DNA of 64,000 nucleotides from Octopus vulgaris (Eukaryota). The position numbers and the translations under genes were made by a program. Positions 1 to 12,699 of the stretch are shown piece after piece. Position 1 is the first letter of the stretch; each line of letters starts with the position of its first letter. The DNA is taken from NCBI GenBank assembly GCA_951406725.2, contig OX597822.1, positions 108,934,001 to 108,998,000 on the forward strand, read 5' to 3'. The notes beneath the pieces were generated by a model. The model saw nothing but the letters and a program-made list of their open reading frames with translations. It made no database searches and was not told the DNA's origin.

Positions 1-1010
1 AACATACCCATTCCACAGCACAATCTTGGCAGATCTATGTTTCTGAGAAGCATGATGACTGCATTCATCTTCAATTCAAGGCTGAGAGACGGCATAACAG
101 TTGACTCCAGGTTGTCAAGAAATTCAATGGGATAATGTACAGTATCGTACTGTTCTACAGCTTTACGTATAGATTTACAGCTCTGGGCATCTGGGATCGT
201 TTGTGAAAGATGTTCATTGATGGCCTTCACTGCAATGTTTTGGGGGCTACGACTAATCTTTCACACAGCCTCTCATCGTTGGGTTGGTGGATTTCAAAAT
301 CGGTCAACACTTGATTAACTAATATATCAATGCTTTCCCTAATAGCTCAAACTCATGAAGGATCAATACATCCTTCAGTATCAAGGGATACATTACCGTC
401 ACCAAGTTTCAGAAGCTTCTGATCAAAATCTGCGAGAACTTGATGCTGTGCCCGCATGTTATTTCTTAAGCTGAGTTTACTATGTGGCTATAAAGTTGCC
501 GATTTCACGGAAAAGCCAGAAGGATCTGCGCATTTCCCCTTTGATATATCAAATGAAGTTTGATCGAATTTCCCAGAAAACTACCGTGATTATTCCGATG
601 CTTGTAGTGCTGTTTATGAATAACATTCGGTGTTCTATCCAAGGGCTCCAATGTGTGTTTGTGCGCTGTTGTACATTCATCCTCCCAAATTGTCATACAT
701 ATTTGCCATACTAGGGCATCTCCTGAATTTATCTTTAAAAGAAACATGGACATTTCATTCCAAATTGAGGGATGAATTAACAGCTGAATGAACTGCTCGA
801 TTTCCATGTAAATTTGTAGCGCCAATTTCAGATGAAGCTACCACACACTCAAATTCATTTTCCAAATAAAATGTCCATAACATGTCCATAGCATGTCATA
901 TGTCACAATCAATGAAAAAAACACCCCAATAAATAAACACAAATAATTACCAACTCTAAGTACTGTTAGTTGTGATCAACGTACAAACATCCTTTTTTTA
1001 TAAGTAAAGA
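1..1010 (-). mobile_element. Decayed Helitron fragment (PIF1-type helicase region plus probable 5' terminus)
   Basis: Minus-strand translations across frameshifts give VASSEIGATNLHGNRAVHS (cf. VASSGIAATLLxGGRTAHS), IWEDECTTAHKHTLEPLDRT (cf. IIWDExxMAHKxxLEALDRT), NNMRAQ..KLLKLGDG and YPIEFLDNLE..LELKMNAVIMLLRNIDLPRLC. These are typical Helitron/PIF1 helicase motifs. The minus strand starts TCTTTACTTATAAAA at 1010, resembling a Helitron 5' end. The element runs off the window start. Confidence 0.85.
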
Positions 1011-1184
1011 GTCTACACTTCATATACATACATGCATACTTGTATAGACACACACACACACATATACACTTTTACTCATCTATCTGTATACACATAATTA
1101 AATCCACATATATACTTCTATATATGTGTATACATATACATATGTGTGTGTCTCTGTGTGTATACATGCATACATACAGATATA

Positions 1185-1389
1185 GGCGCAGTCATGGCTG
1201 TACGTAGGTGCAGGCGTGGCTATGTCATAGGTGAGGCGTGGGTATGTGGCGAGAAGATTGATTCACAAACACACAGATACGGGTTCAGCTTCACGGCGTG
1301 GCAACTTGGGCAAATGTCTTCTACTAAAGCCTGGGGCCGAACAAAGCATTGAGTGGATTTGGTAGGTAGACACTGAAGGAAACCCGTCG

Positions 1390-1390
<1 letters not shown>
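1185..1390 (+). mobile_element. tRNA-derived SINE (octopus OK-like family), 5' part, with repeated head start
   Basis: Shares ...ttgggcaaatgtcttctact.agcct.gggccga.caaagc.ttgagtggatttggtag...gaa.cccgtcgt(TA)n with copies at 6670, 14535 and 49660. Confidence 0.7.
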
Positions 1391-1432
<42 letters not shown>

Positions 1433-1647
1433 ATATATATTCTTTTATTCTTTTATTTGTTTCGGTTATTTGATTGCGGCCATGCGGGAATACCGCCTTT
1501 AGTCGAACAAATTTACTACAGGACTTCTTCATGGGGAGGGGGGCAAACACAGATACAAACACATTTTCCGTAGATAGCAGGAACTCCATAGTGGCTGATG
1601 AGGTAGCAGCATTAATAAAACATTGAGAGAAAAATAGATTTTATTTA

Positions 1648-1689
1648 GTACGACGCATGTTTCCACCCGTTGTAGGTCTCTTCGGCTAC
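1648..1689 (-). ncRNA. Minimal hammerhead ribozyme-like motif (CCGAAGA core) in a solo PLE terminal remnant
   Basis: Minus strand reads gtag-CCGAAGA-gacctacaacgggtg-GAAA-catgcg-TC-gtac, followed by taaataaa. Stem II is acc/ggt and the cleavage triplet is GUC. Stem I has one mismatch. Confidence 0.6.
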
Positions 1690-1736
1690 ATAAATGAATA
1701 AAAAATAAAAAAGTAGCACTGGAGATTAAGTTTTAC

Positions 1737-1771
<35 letters not shown>

Positions 1772-2095
1772 AATCTATGTATGTGTGCATGTATGTATGT
1801 ACGTATATGTTTGTGTGTGCGTGTCTCTGCCCGTGTGTGAGTGTGTGTGAGTGTGTGCGTGTGTGTGAAACTGAGAAACTAAATCGAAACCACAATCTTA
1901 CGATCATGATGCTGACACTCTAACCATTAAGCCACATACCTCCACCTTTTTATTAATATATAGATAATATATGTGTGTGTGTTTTTGCTCGGCACCTCTC
2001 CTATGCATACATATATGTATGTATTTATGCATGCATGTATGCATTTATGTATGTATGCACGTATGTATGTATTCCGGTAGGTAGATATGTATGTA

Positions 2096-2165
<70 letters not shown>

Positions 2166-2295
2166 TGATATGTATATACGTGGTACCTCCTTATGCAAAC
2201 ACAGTATACTATAAAATATACTAAATGTTTTATAATTATCTTTTTGTAAATCAGCACAACGTTCTACTGTATCAGCAGTGCTTCTTATATTATCT

Positions 2296-2484
2296 TGTTA
2301 CGGTTATTTCTACAGATATTCTATAGCAAATTATAGCCACCACTGATGTAAACAAACAATGCGATCGATGATAAAACTGGTTAATTATTTGTTTACATCT
2401 GAAATCTCGATATGAAACGTTGTATTAATATCAGTGCTGACTATAAGTTCTATAGAATATCATAGCTGTAGAAATAAATATAAC

Positions 2485-2486
<2 letters not shown>
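2296..2486. repeat. Imperfect fold-back / MITE-like inverted repeat
   Basis: Left arm ttatttctacag..atattctatag..ttatagccaccactgat pairs with right arm atcagtgctgactataagttctatagaatat..ctgtagaaataa. There is also an internal gatgtaaacaaa / tttgtttacatc pair. Confidence 0.55.
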
Positions 2487-2544
<58 letters not shown>

Positions 2545-2759
2545 TATAATTAAGGGCTAAAGAGGGTTATTCTAAAGCCAATACACTTATTTATCCACTT
2601 ATAATCCACTTGTTACAGGAAAATTGAACTGAAAGCGGGCAACTAACCTTTAGAAAATTTAAATTTCGTTATCTCTATATTGAATCAATTTCGGAATTAA
2701 TCCTATAAATGATACATTCTTCCCAAGTAGAGCTTACGAGGGAATATAACTAAAATACT

Positions 2760-3440
2760 CACTACCCCCTCCAAACGCTTGATGTAGGTGTCTGGGTTGA
2801 GCCTGACACCGTGTGAGAAGACGAATGGAAGCATTACGTCGCGATCATTAATGATGACTCCAAACACCCTGATGTTCACTGGATGTTTAATTTTTATCCG
2901 CCTCTGTACATGTTTTGGGGACACGGCAAGCCAACGGTTGTTCTGTGTGTTCAGCATCTGATCGAGGCAAAAACATTTCTGAGACAAGAAAAAACAAATC
3001 ATACTCAGTTGGAGGGGCTGCTTGAGTTTGTTCATAAGTTTCGCAGCGCGGCCTTCTCTCTTATCCTCGATGGCTTGGGATACAAATTGGCCGTTCTATG
3101 AGGAATACCGAAAGCCTTAATGCACTTGCATCATGGAAAACTCCCATGTCCCTGGAGATGGTTCTGATTGATTTGGAGAGATTGTTGTCAGTCATGGCCT
3201 GGACTTTACCAATACATTTATGAGTTTTTTCCAGAGTGAGTTTTCTGAGCTGCTGTACCTTCATAATCACCATTAGATTCATCCAGCATTTCCCGAAACC
3301 TCTGCTTGGCGCGAATGCCACGCGGTACAGCATGTCGTTTGCAAATGTTTGGCAATATGAATTGCGTCAGGGTACAGTTATCACAGACGGTGCTCAACTT
3401 ACCCTACTTTAATTTGTAGTCGACAAAATCTAAAGCAAAA
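2760..3440 (-). mobile_element. Tc1/mariner-superfamily transposase pseudogene (maT/DD37D-like)
   Basis: ORFs 3061-3333 (HTH-like: DNNLSKSIRTISRDMGV) and 2703-3035 (NTQNNRWLA...KHPVNIRVFGVI..D.VMLPFVF..GVRLNPDTYIK.LE) match the typical NxQNDRW..K.PxSVMVxG catalytic-domain region. The frames are disrupted. Confidence 0.75.
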
Positions 3441-3452
3441 AAGTATATATAT

Positions 3453-3544
<92 letters not shown>

Positions 3545-4445
3545 CCCGTACATATGATAAAACCTTTAGCTAATTGCGTGAATTTTTCTCAGAATTGTGC
3601 TTATGCGCATGCGTTAAGTGATTCGTCATATAAAATACTTTAAAAAAAATATTTTTCACTATCTAATCACCACCACTACCAACACCACCATAACCAACAT
3701 CATCTCTCTCTCTCTCTTTCTCTCTCCGTTCTCCCCGTCCTCTCTCACCCCTTTCCTCACTCACTCTTTTTCTCACTCACTCTCTCTCTCTCTCTCCCCT
3801 CTCTCTGCTTGTCTTTAACCTCACCATCAGAACACCACACCTTTGCTAAAATTATATTTTTACCACTCCTCGTCTACCTTCAACTAACTTTTCCAACCAC
3901 GTAATAAATATTACCTTCCTCCAGCCTCACACCATGGACGTCTGCCTGTTTCTGTCTCATCCTTCGCATTATTTCTCCTTTTTCTTCCCCCACTCTTTCA
4001 CTTCAACTTATCACGTGAAAGTTTCACAATTGCATTCCTCCAACCTAACGTCATGAACGCTTCTCTCTCCCTCGTTTCTCCCCCCCCCACCACTTTTCTC
4101 CTACCCTCCTTTTCTCTATAACTTTTCTTTCTACCTCATTTCTCTAATCACGTGAAAGCGTTACCGACGGTCTAAGTAACGCAATGACAAGCAGATTCAT
4201 ATAAGACTAGCTGACACAATGCCGTCTAAAATGACGGCTAATTGTAGCATTTTATATATAAATGAGGATACAAGATAGATAATGATGGTAATTCAAATTA
4301 ATACACTTCTCAATGTTATCTAGTGGTTGTATTTTGAGATGTCGTTTGTTACTGAAAGAACGCTGGTTCACACATAAACTTTCACATACGTTATTTACAT
4401 TATTTACATTGGACGGATATGTGTCTTCCTTTTGTTTGTTGTTAC

Positions 4446-4487
4446 CACAACATTTCGGCCGATTTACTCTCCAGGCTTCATCAGGTG
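4446..4487 (-). ncRNA. Minimal hammerhead-like motif in a PLE-derived non-autonomous repeat (~4370-4560)
   Basis: Minus strand reads cac-CTGATGA-agcc(tggagagtaaatc)ggcc-GAAA-tg-TT-gtg. Stem I is cac/gtg and the CUGAUGA core is canonical. Stem III is probably an aacgtt palindrome eroded by CpG decay. Confidence 0.55.
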
Positions 4488-4619
4488 CCCTGGAGGAATT
4501 TGAACCCAACCCTGGGTTTTCTTTCCATGGTGAAGGCATCTTTGTTTGTTTTTACCCCGTAGAATTTCAATCATCCCACTACCAATATTGCTATTATTTC
4601 TTCCTTCCTTATTCATCTA

Positions 4620-4790
4620 TACCTTAATTGCATTTGACAAAGGTTGAGGTAAACCTATTAACCCTACCTTATTGGGTCCTTTCCGTAACTGAAAATACCT
4701 TAAACCTTTTCGCTCCAATAATGTAAAAAAAGCAACCGCCAATAATGCAGAAATACATGCAACCACATACGAAATCAATTCAACCAACAT
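4620..4790 (-). pseudogene. ND1: NUMT: 5' fragment of mitochondrial NADH dehydrogenase subunit 1
   Basis: Translation [55 protein letters not shown] contains the invariant ND1 N-terminal motifs AFFTLLERK and [12 protein letters not shown]. It is truncated after about 57 codons and embedded in nuclear repeats. Confidence 0.92.
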
Positions 4791-4917
4791 TATTCTCATT
4801 CTCATTTGTATTCTGTGACGAAGAAAAACACAGGAGTATTATTATAGTAGAAAATGACTCAGAAGGCGTTTACGAAATTTTAAACCTTCTAAACCTAATG
4901 TTTTCTTTGTTTTGCAG

Positions 4918-4941
4918 AAGTTGAAGGAAAGAGATCAGAAG
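4918..4941 (+). other. Candidate 24-nt micro-exon (KLKERDQK in one frame)
   Basis: Branch-like ctaat, polypyrimidine tract ttttctttgttttgcag, 24 nt (a multiple of 3), then an AG|GTGAGA donor. Splice signals only; no transcript evidence. Confidence 0.3.
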
Positions 4942-5005
4942 GTGAGAGTACAAAACAAGTAAGGTTGTAGAGACATGTGTGTGTGCGTGTGTGTGTGTGT
5001 GTGTA

Positions 5006-5036
<31 letters not shown>

Positions 5037-6669
5037 AAGAGAGAGAGAGAGATTAACATAAATTGTTTGCAACATATGCCATTAGAAGATATTGAGACCA
5101 CATATCGCAAATGAAGTTAAGACAATTTTAATTTTATTTAATCAGGTTTTCGAAATGATAGTGAGTCAAAACATTATATAAGTTACAATGAATAGCATAT
5201 AATTTTTTGCTATTAAACCCTTAGCGTCAATAGGATTTTAACCACTAAATTTTTGCGGGCAATTTCATTACGAAGAAATGTAACACTGAAACGGATACCA
5301 TCAAAGTGTTACTATTAATAAGACTTAAAGATCTACATAGGAGTTTTAATAGGGAATCTTTAACGGGTGACAGAAACTTTAATAATATCTCCCGAAATTA
5401 ATGTGAGGTAATAGTCTATCCAAGCGGTTGACTTTATAACAATGGACAAGTGAGAACAATGAGAGAAAACGACCATTAGCACGGATGTTGAAATAGAAAT
5501 GTGAGAAATATTAACCAAATTCATCATTCTCACTGTTTGACGTAGATTCTACAGTAATTTACGAATGGAACTAAATGACATATTTGACTCAATGTATTAT
5601 TGAAGAAAATTATATGATTAATATTCAACTAGTACAATTGTTAATGCCTGCCAGATATTTAGTAGCACTGGTTTCATAGCTCCTACAGGAAGAGTTTAAA
5701 AGAAAGGACTTGTTTTATCTCACGTATTCCAGGCAATGTTCCTCTATTGTCGTCATCTATATCACACCAGTTTCATTCTAGTTATCATTTTCTCTTGCGC
5801 GTCATCTGTGTTACATGTGAACTCAACCTATTTCAATTTACGCATAAATTTAAGCACACACTCGTAGTTTTCAGATGAGGTTCTTTTTATTTTACATCAA
5901 ATAATCACCTACTGACAGAACTTCAGACCGATGCATTACTTTATGAACCGCTGCAGGGATAATTAGTAAAGTTTGAAATAATTTATATTTGATCTAATAC
6001 CATACACAAATATCACAAATGATTTTGCTCTCCACTACAGCATTAGTTCCAGTACAACTCTCTAAACTTATATCTGTAACGTAATAATCATACATTGTAA
6101 TATAAGTATTATAAAATTCTATCTCAGATATAATAGTTGTTCGTTTGACTTCAGCAGAAATCAGCATTTTAGAAAGAATCACAAATTTTGCAGGATGTTG
6201 TTACTTCTAGCTTTGTATTATCTTCCCACACGCAACATGAAAATACAAATATAGACGGAACGTAAGAGAGATAGCGACATCACTTCAGCACTTCAAATAG
6301 CTGGACATTTTCTTCGATATCTCTAAAGGCGTATTTCACAAAGCAGATAGTTAACAATTGAAGAAATTCGCTTAGGGATTTCGTTACTGCAATACCTATC
6401 AATCAGATTCGCTATTGCCTATTCTCAGATAATTTCATTCTGCCCAATAGATTTGGCTGCTCTATAGACGGAATATAAAATCTGTACACAAAAGCTGGTG
6501 GCATAGCCACAAAATGCCCATCAAAGAAATATTTTCATGGGAAGTACCTGAACGGACACATTTTGTTTTGATAGCATCGATTATCTTCTGGTATATAAGT
6601 ACATAAAACAACGCAATTTCATGCATAACATCGCACATACACACTCATAAATATTTATATACTTAAATG

Positions 6670-6812
6670 CGCGGTAAAAAGCTTGCTTCTCAGTCGCACG
6701 GTTCTGGGTTCAGTTCCAGTGCATAGCAGCTTGAACAATAGTCTCCTACCTAAGCACTGGAGCGACAAAGCCTTCGTGAGAGAATTTGGTTTAAGGAAAC
6801 TGAAATGAGAAC
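6670..6812 (+). mobile_element. Degenerate OK-like SINE
   Basis: gcggtaaaaagcttgcttctcag..ggttctgggttcagttcca..caaagccttcgtgagagaatttgg..ggaaactgaaa matches the copies at 14535 and 49660. Confidence 0.55.
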
Positions 6813-6904
6813 ATTGTTTTTTGCATCTGTGTGTGTGTGTGTTTATTGGAATATTCAATTGGATCAATGTGAATTTGAGGTAATTAATTGGTTAATTAAT
6901 TAAT

Positions 6905-7632
6905 TAGTTAAGTTAAGTTCAGTTAATTTTTTGGCTCAAAAAGCAAAAAGCAAGGCCATGTAGGGGGACATGGAGTTATGTACAGGGAGGGTGTTCAGGC
7001 AAAGAGTTCAGGCCATGTCTGGTCAAGAGAGACTTTGAACCGAGAGGTCGTCGGCATCTTCATTATCTCGTCCGGCAGCTTATTCCACGGATCCGCAACC
7101 CGGACGGAGAAATCCCCTCTCCTTCGATTGAGATGAAATCGTCGCAGATAGAGCTTTTCGGGGTGACCCCGCAGCCGATGCTCTGGAGCAGGAGTGAAGA
7201 ACAGCTCTTTCGAGAGGTTACACTTTCCACTTATGATGTTGTGGGCAAGAATGAGATCACCACGGAGTCGTCGTTTTTCTAGAGAATAAAGGTCGAGAGT
7301 ATTCAGCCTTTCTTCATATGACAAATGCTTGAGACCAAGAACCATGCGGGTAGTCAGCTTCTGGACTCTTTCAAGATGATGTATGTCTTTGAGGAGATAA
7401 GGAGAAGAGGCTTGAATCCAGTACTCCAATATGGGTCTCACCAGCGTGACATAGAACGGTGGGAATATGGCTGCTGTGAGCATTCCGAATGACCGTCGAA
7501 TCAAGAACAGAAATCCGCGTACTTGTATGCAGCATGGACACACTGGGCCGAAGGCGAAAAGGAAGAATCCACCAAGATACCCAGGTCCTTTACCTGGTCG
7601 GTCCTCTCAAGCAGCAGACGACCCGGCTCGAA
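6905..7632 (-). mobile_element. 5'-truncated CR1/Jockey-group LINE (RT C-terminus plus 3' UTR)
   Basis: DLGILVDSSFSPSAQCVHAA, then YVTLVRPILEY..ASSPYL.KDIHHLERVQKLTTRMV.GLKHLSYEERL..LDLYSLEKRRLRGDLI...FSVRV...WNKLP. This is the classic CR1/L2-type ORF2 C-terminus. It ends in a short (TTAA/TTAAG)-type tandem tail near 6880-6925. Confidence 0.88.
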
Positions 7633-7919
7633 ATCAATTAACTAATTATTGGATGTCTTACAAGTGTTTCAGGAATATCTCACGTGGTAGATTAGCATCT
7701 GCATATACTCCATTAGCATCTCATCGGAGACACGGTGAGCATGTATGAAAGATATAGACAGGGAATTCACAGCTTAGAAAGGTACAGAATAATAGATAGC
7801 CGAATAAAGAGCAAAGCGGTAGATAGAAGAAGACAGACAAAGGAATATTCTTCTATCTATTATTTTATTCCTTTATAAACTGTGAAATTCTTGTTGAGAA
7901 CTTCCCTACTTGCTCACCT

Positions 7920-7997
7920 TGTCTGTGATGACGGAATGCCCAATGTATGGAGATGCTAACCTTTAACTTGGGATATCCCAGAATCAGCTGTAAGACA
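7920..7997 (+). ncRNA. Degenerate hammerhead motif in a PLE terminal-repeat remnant
   Basis: tgtct-gTGATGA-[long stem II gga..cccaa/ttggg..tcc]-GAAt-cagctg-TA-agaca. Stem I is tgtct/agaca and stem III is a palindrome. Two core positions are substituted. Confidence 0.45.
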
Positions 7998-9692
7998 TCC
8001 AATGATTAATGAATTAATTAATTTACTAATTATCAATTTATTAGTTCAAATTCACCTTACTGTAATTAATATTCCAAACGAATTGAGATAATCGTTCTGC
8101 TAATTAAGGAGTCTACTACGGATCCACAGCTCCAGCCTCAGCTCTGAACTTGAAACCTCATGGATGACTAACTAGAGCACTTACACAGCGTACCTATTCG
8201 TTTAGATCACCAGTGAACTAAAGCCCTCTCTCTCTCTCTCTCTCTGTATATATATATATATATATATTGTTTCTGGGAAAATTGGAAAAATAATAGTGAT
8301 ATTTATTTTATTATTACTGTATATTAAGCCTACACAATTGTGTATAATGTATATAAAGTGTATATAAAATGTGCGTCAAGTAATATTTGTATTCCAATTT
8401 CTATCACCCTTCAATGATTTGCAGATGAGCGACCATCTTTCCATACATAGAAAACTCAGGCTATGCTTTCAAGTTTTTAAGATAAACCCAGTAGGTTTGC
8501 CATTCATTCCGTGAAGTGTTTATTGTCCCGCTAGTTATACATAAAACAGTATAATATCTCTAAATTATTAGGCCAAAATGTCATGAAATGCAGAGAGTAA
8601 GGGTAATGTCCATGCAAAAATGTCCCACTATAGAAAATATTATCACATGCTATCTTAGCATGTATGTTAATTATACTGTTATATATATCTTGTATAAACA
8701 CTATATATCTTGTATAAACGCAGTAAGTTTCCGCGATACTAATGCTACTGAGTATCGTACCTCAAATTAAACCTTTTTAGATTTTTCAAGAACACACATT
8801 TGGACAGATATTTGTAAATCAGCAATACATTTCTGAATATATTCCACAGGACTCAGATAACAATTTTTAAAGGTGATTAGATATGATTCTCAATGAGCAG
8901 CGAACACATGCGTGTAGTTGACCCCAAATGATACCGTTTCAGAAAGCTAACTAAATAGACAAAAATACGTCATAAAACAATTTGCCCACAAAATAATATA
9001 AATTATTTTCAAATCAGACATCAAGTCATAAGCACATTTAATATTTTAAAACTTAATATTCATTGTAGATAAATGGAAAGAACATGGATTGACTATCATT
9101 GAGGGCTATAGTAGCACGAAAAAGTTAAAACAATGACAGAACAGAACTCATTCCAGAGGAAATTCTAGAGCATTCGAATTCATTCTAGAGTATATACCCA
9201 CGTTACATTCTGAACCAAAATTTCTGCATTGATATAACTTCAAAATAGAAAGCCAGAGGCATTAGCATTCTTATCTTGCAAAAATAAGGAAATCCCATTC
9301 GTGTGATAGCTGCCATATATTAGAAATATCTTACTCTCCAGAGAATGAATCGGCATATCTCCATATACAAGTGGCAGTAGCTGTTTATAGAGTTGTTATA
9401 AGTGACTGAAATGAGATTATCAAGATATGATTGCAGCAATAGCTATCTGGATAAATATTATAAGAAAATGATGCGAGCTTTTTTCGATACAAAAACATAT
9501 CATGATGGACAGCATATAAAAACAATGATGTAATAGGAGGCAATTTACGACTTAAAATGCTAAAACAATAAAACAGGTGATTTGGGACACACACATAATA
9601 GCATATGTATTCACAGGCATACAGGCATACCATACACATAGAAGTGTTGGCATGCATGTAAATGTCTGTATCTATGTATCTGTCTTCTATCG

Positions 9693-9760
<68 letters not shown>

Positions 9761-10734
9761 TTATTCATACATTGCTGTTTATAAACGCATATATATATAT
9801 ATATTGAATATAAATATATATGTGTAGGTAATTGCATTTGCATTTACTCATATAGATATATTTTCTTTGTATATTTCTATATATGCATGTTTATATGCAT
9901 ATAATTTTCAGAGAATATTAGACGAGTTCGTCACACATGGTCGTTTCCACGTCCGAATCACGAAAATCAAGGTTTTGCATTCTTAGAGAAAATATGTCAG
10001 TGTTTGCATTTCAATTTAAATACACCAAATGCCACTTGAAGGGACAATTTTTAGCCAGGTAACTAATGCGAAAAAATAAGAAAAATTATACTAATCTTTT
10101 TTAAATATCATAAACCTTATTCAATTGTTGCGATTTTATCTATTGATATATGTGATTTAATAATAAGCAAATCTTTTCCTCTGGTCAGGATCTGCGACCA
10201 GTCCCTTGAAAATATAATCTGGAAAAACCCATTTCGGTTACCGGGAATAAGGCTATATTTACTAATCAAAATGGGGATTAATGTATGGATAGGAGGAAGT
10301 TAATTGCTATAAGTTTTCTTGCAATTTGGATATATAATTCATTCTTTGGAAGAAAGTTAAATGTATTATTAAATTAGGAAGGATAATGAGGTATGTTATT
10401 GATATATTAGATACATTCATTTTGTGATAACAATATGTTCACTTTCCAACACATATGTGTATGTAGGCATTTACATCTATGTAGTGTATAAATGAAAATA
10501 ATGACACTTTCAGTGCATTTGTATTATTTATTATGGTAGATTTGTATTTCACATACACACGTCCACGCGTATGATAATATGGCTACTCAGAAGACATGGA
10601 GGAACTGTAACTTTATATACATTGTTATAAAACCAAATTATTTAGGTCTTTACATTATCACATACACACACACAACCACAAACACACACAAATACACAGA
10701 CATACATACAATACGTACAACGGATGCAGACTTT

Positions 10735-11540
10735 GTGAAGTTCGCACTGAAGATATCCCTCAGTTCATAAGCAGTTGTTCGAAAATGTTATCACGGTTTT
10801 ATATCTGCCGATGAGACATAATGTTGTAGCTAGGATACTCTATGAGGAAATCCGTTGCAAGGATAATCACGAGGTCAAAGAAGTAAGAATCTACAATATG
10901 GTAGAAGCCATGGCCACTCATAATAAAAAAAGAATACTGGTGGACTGTCCCAGTGAAGACCTTAATAAAATGTAAGCACAACAGACCAGATATGATTTGA
11001 GATAGAGAAGAGAAACTGTGCACAGTTGTAGAACTTAGCTGCCCAGCGGATGCTAACATAAAGCTGAAGATAGGTGAAAAAGTGAACAGCTAAGCTGAAC
11101 TACTGAGTAATCTGCATGACTCTATCCAGATTACAAGTTCAGGTTTATACCTGTAATTATTAGGGCCCTGGTATATATTATATATACACACTGCCTAAAT
11201 ACTAATCTTGAAAAATTAGGTGTCTCAAATCTTGAAAGGAGAAAGCTAATTCGAAGACTACAGATCCAATCCATCACCGGAACTATGAAAATATGTAAAA
11301 GTTTCAAGAAGTTTATCATCTAAATATATATCAGCATGTCTAGATATTCAACTACATGCATGAGAATACATACATAAAACATACAAATTTGCACATACAT
11401 ATATACACGCATACATACACATAAAAACAAAAATACCCTGTTGATGATGTTGAAATTCTAATGAAGGAGCCTTGGATCTAGGTTAGAAACCGAACCTTTT
11501 TCTATTGGCACGAAATCTTGAAATACACTGAATAATAACA
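10735..11540 (+). mobile_element. Decayed RLE-type non-LTR retrotransposon 3' end (R4/Dong-like)
   Basis: H-I-SS-C zinc-knuckle remnant followed by YLPMRHNVVARILY, then HNRPDMI.DREEKLCTVVELSCPADANI..K...K...RFIPVII.AL, a restriction-like endonuclease (PD..E..K) domain. It contains stops. Confidence 0.8.
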
Positions 11541-12245
11541 CACATACAACTAGGTTAGATTTTGGACACAGCATATATTAATATTAATATAAAAAATAAT
11601 AGGTTTCCATTATTTATATTTCCTCATTTCTAAAGTATAAAACAATATAATAAATTTAGCTAGAATATATTTAAGAAATGTATATATTTTGATATTATTT
11701 TACTCGTATGTGTAAATATTTTATCTAAATTTATTATATATTATCTGCTTGTTTCTGTTTGTATAAACAATAGGAAAGTATATAAGAGGTGTTTATGAGA
11801 GTGTATATAAATAGATATATGAATGCATACTTTATTTATATTATATTGCATTAATTTTTTTTCTGTTTCAGAAGCTGTAATGTTTTGAAGAAGTGTATAG
11901 GTGTGCACATATAAACAAATATATATGTATGTGAGCGTGTGTCTGTGGTAGGGGTAAATGTGAGAGTGAGTGTAATAGTGTAACTGTGTGCATGAACAGA
12001 TGGATATATGTGTGTATACAAGTATAAAAATACATGTGGATTACACTTTGAACATAGCATATGTTGATATTGGATGAGAAGTGAAAATATTAAGAATATG
12101 TGCACACATCCATACATACATATGTGTGTTTGTGTTCTGAGGTTGACTTCGTCTTTCATAACTTTCGTGACGATAGGCGCATGAGTGGCTGTGTGGTAAG
12201 TAGATTGCTTACCGAGAATGCAACACTAGTTGGTCCGGACTGTTA

Positions 12246-12568
12246 AAGACTCCGCCGGTTACGACGACGAGGGTCCCAGCTGATACGATCAACGGAACAG
12301 CTTGCTCGTGAAATTAACGTGCAAATGGCTGAGCATTCCACAGACACGTGTAGCCTTAACGTAGTTCTCGGGGATAATCAGCGTGACACAGAGAGTGACA
12401 AGGCTGACCCTTTGAAATACAAGTACAACTCATTTTTGCCAGCTGAGTGGACTGGAGCAACGTGAAATAAAGTGTCTTGCTCAAGGACACAACGCGTCGC
12501 CGGGAATCGAACTCACAACCTTACGATCATGAGCCGAATGCCCTAACCACTAAGCCACGCGCCCTCAC
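12246..12568 (-). mobile_element. Full-length tRNA-derived SINE with 12-bp target-site duplication
   Basis: Minus strand has box A (tggcttagtgg) and box B (gagttcgattccc), then a gtgtccttgagcaagacactt core. It is flanked by an exact direct repeat tccggactgtta at 12234-12245 and 12569-12580. Confidence 0.88.
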
Positions 12569-12699
12569 TCCGGACTGTTACAGTGAGCAGATGTGAGTTT
12601 CGGCTCCGTGAACAGAAAAAAAAGATCAAAGAAAATTTGTCAATCATGGCTCGCTATAACGGGCAAAATACTGGGTTCTCATCATCGTAACGGTGAATT

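Noticed and set aside
6290-6450. Possible ancient LINE RT motif (DIFFDISK..F.K); similar hints at ~25500-25750 and ~27850-28170
   Set aside because: Too degraded to support by eye; it would need a profile-HMM search.
11455-11510. Hammerhead-like CTAATGA...GAAA in the R4-like 3' UTR; a similar hint at 47760-47795 (-)
   Set aside because: The core and stems I/III do not assemble correctly.
12490-12568. tRNA gene (also 29870-29935)
   Set aside because: The A/B boxes run directly into SINE bodies, with a TSD or shared tails; these are SINE heads, not functional tRNAs.
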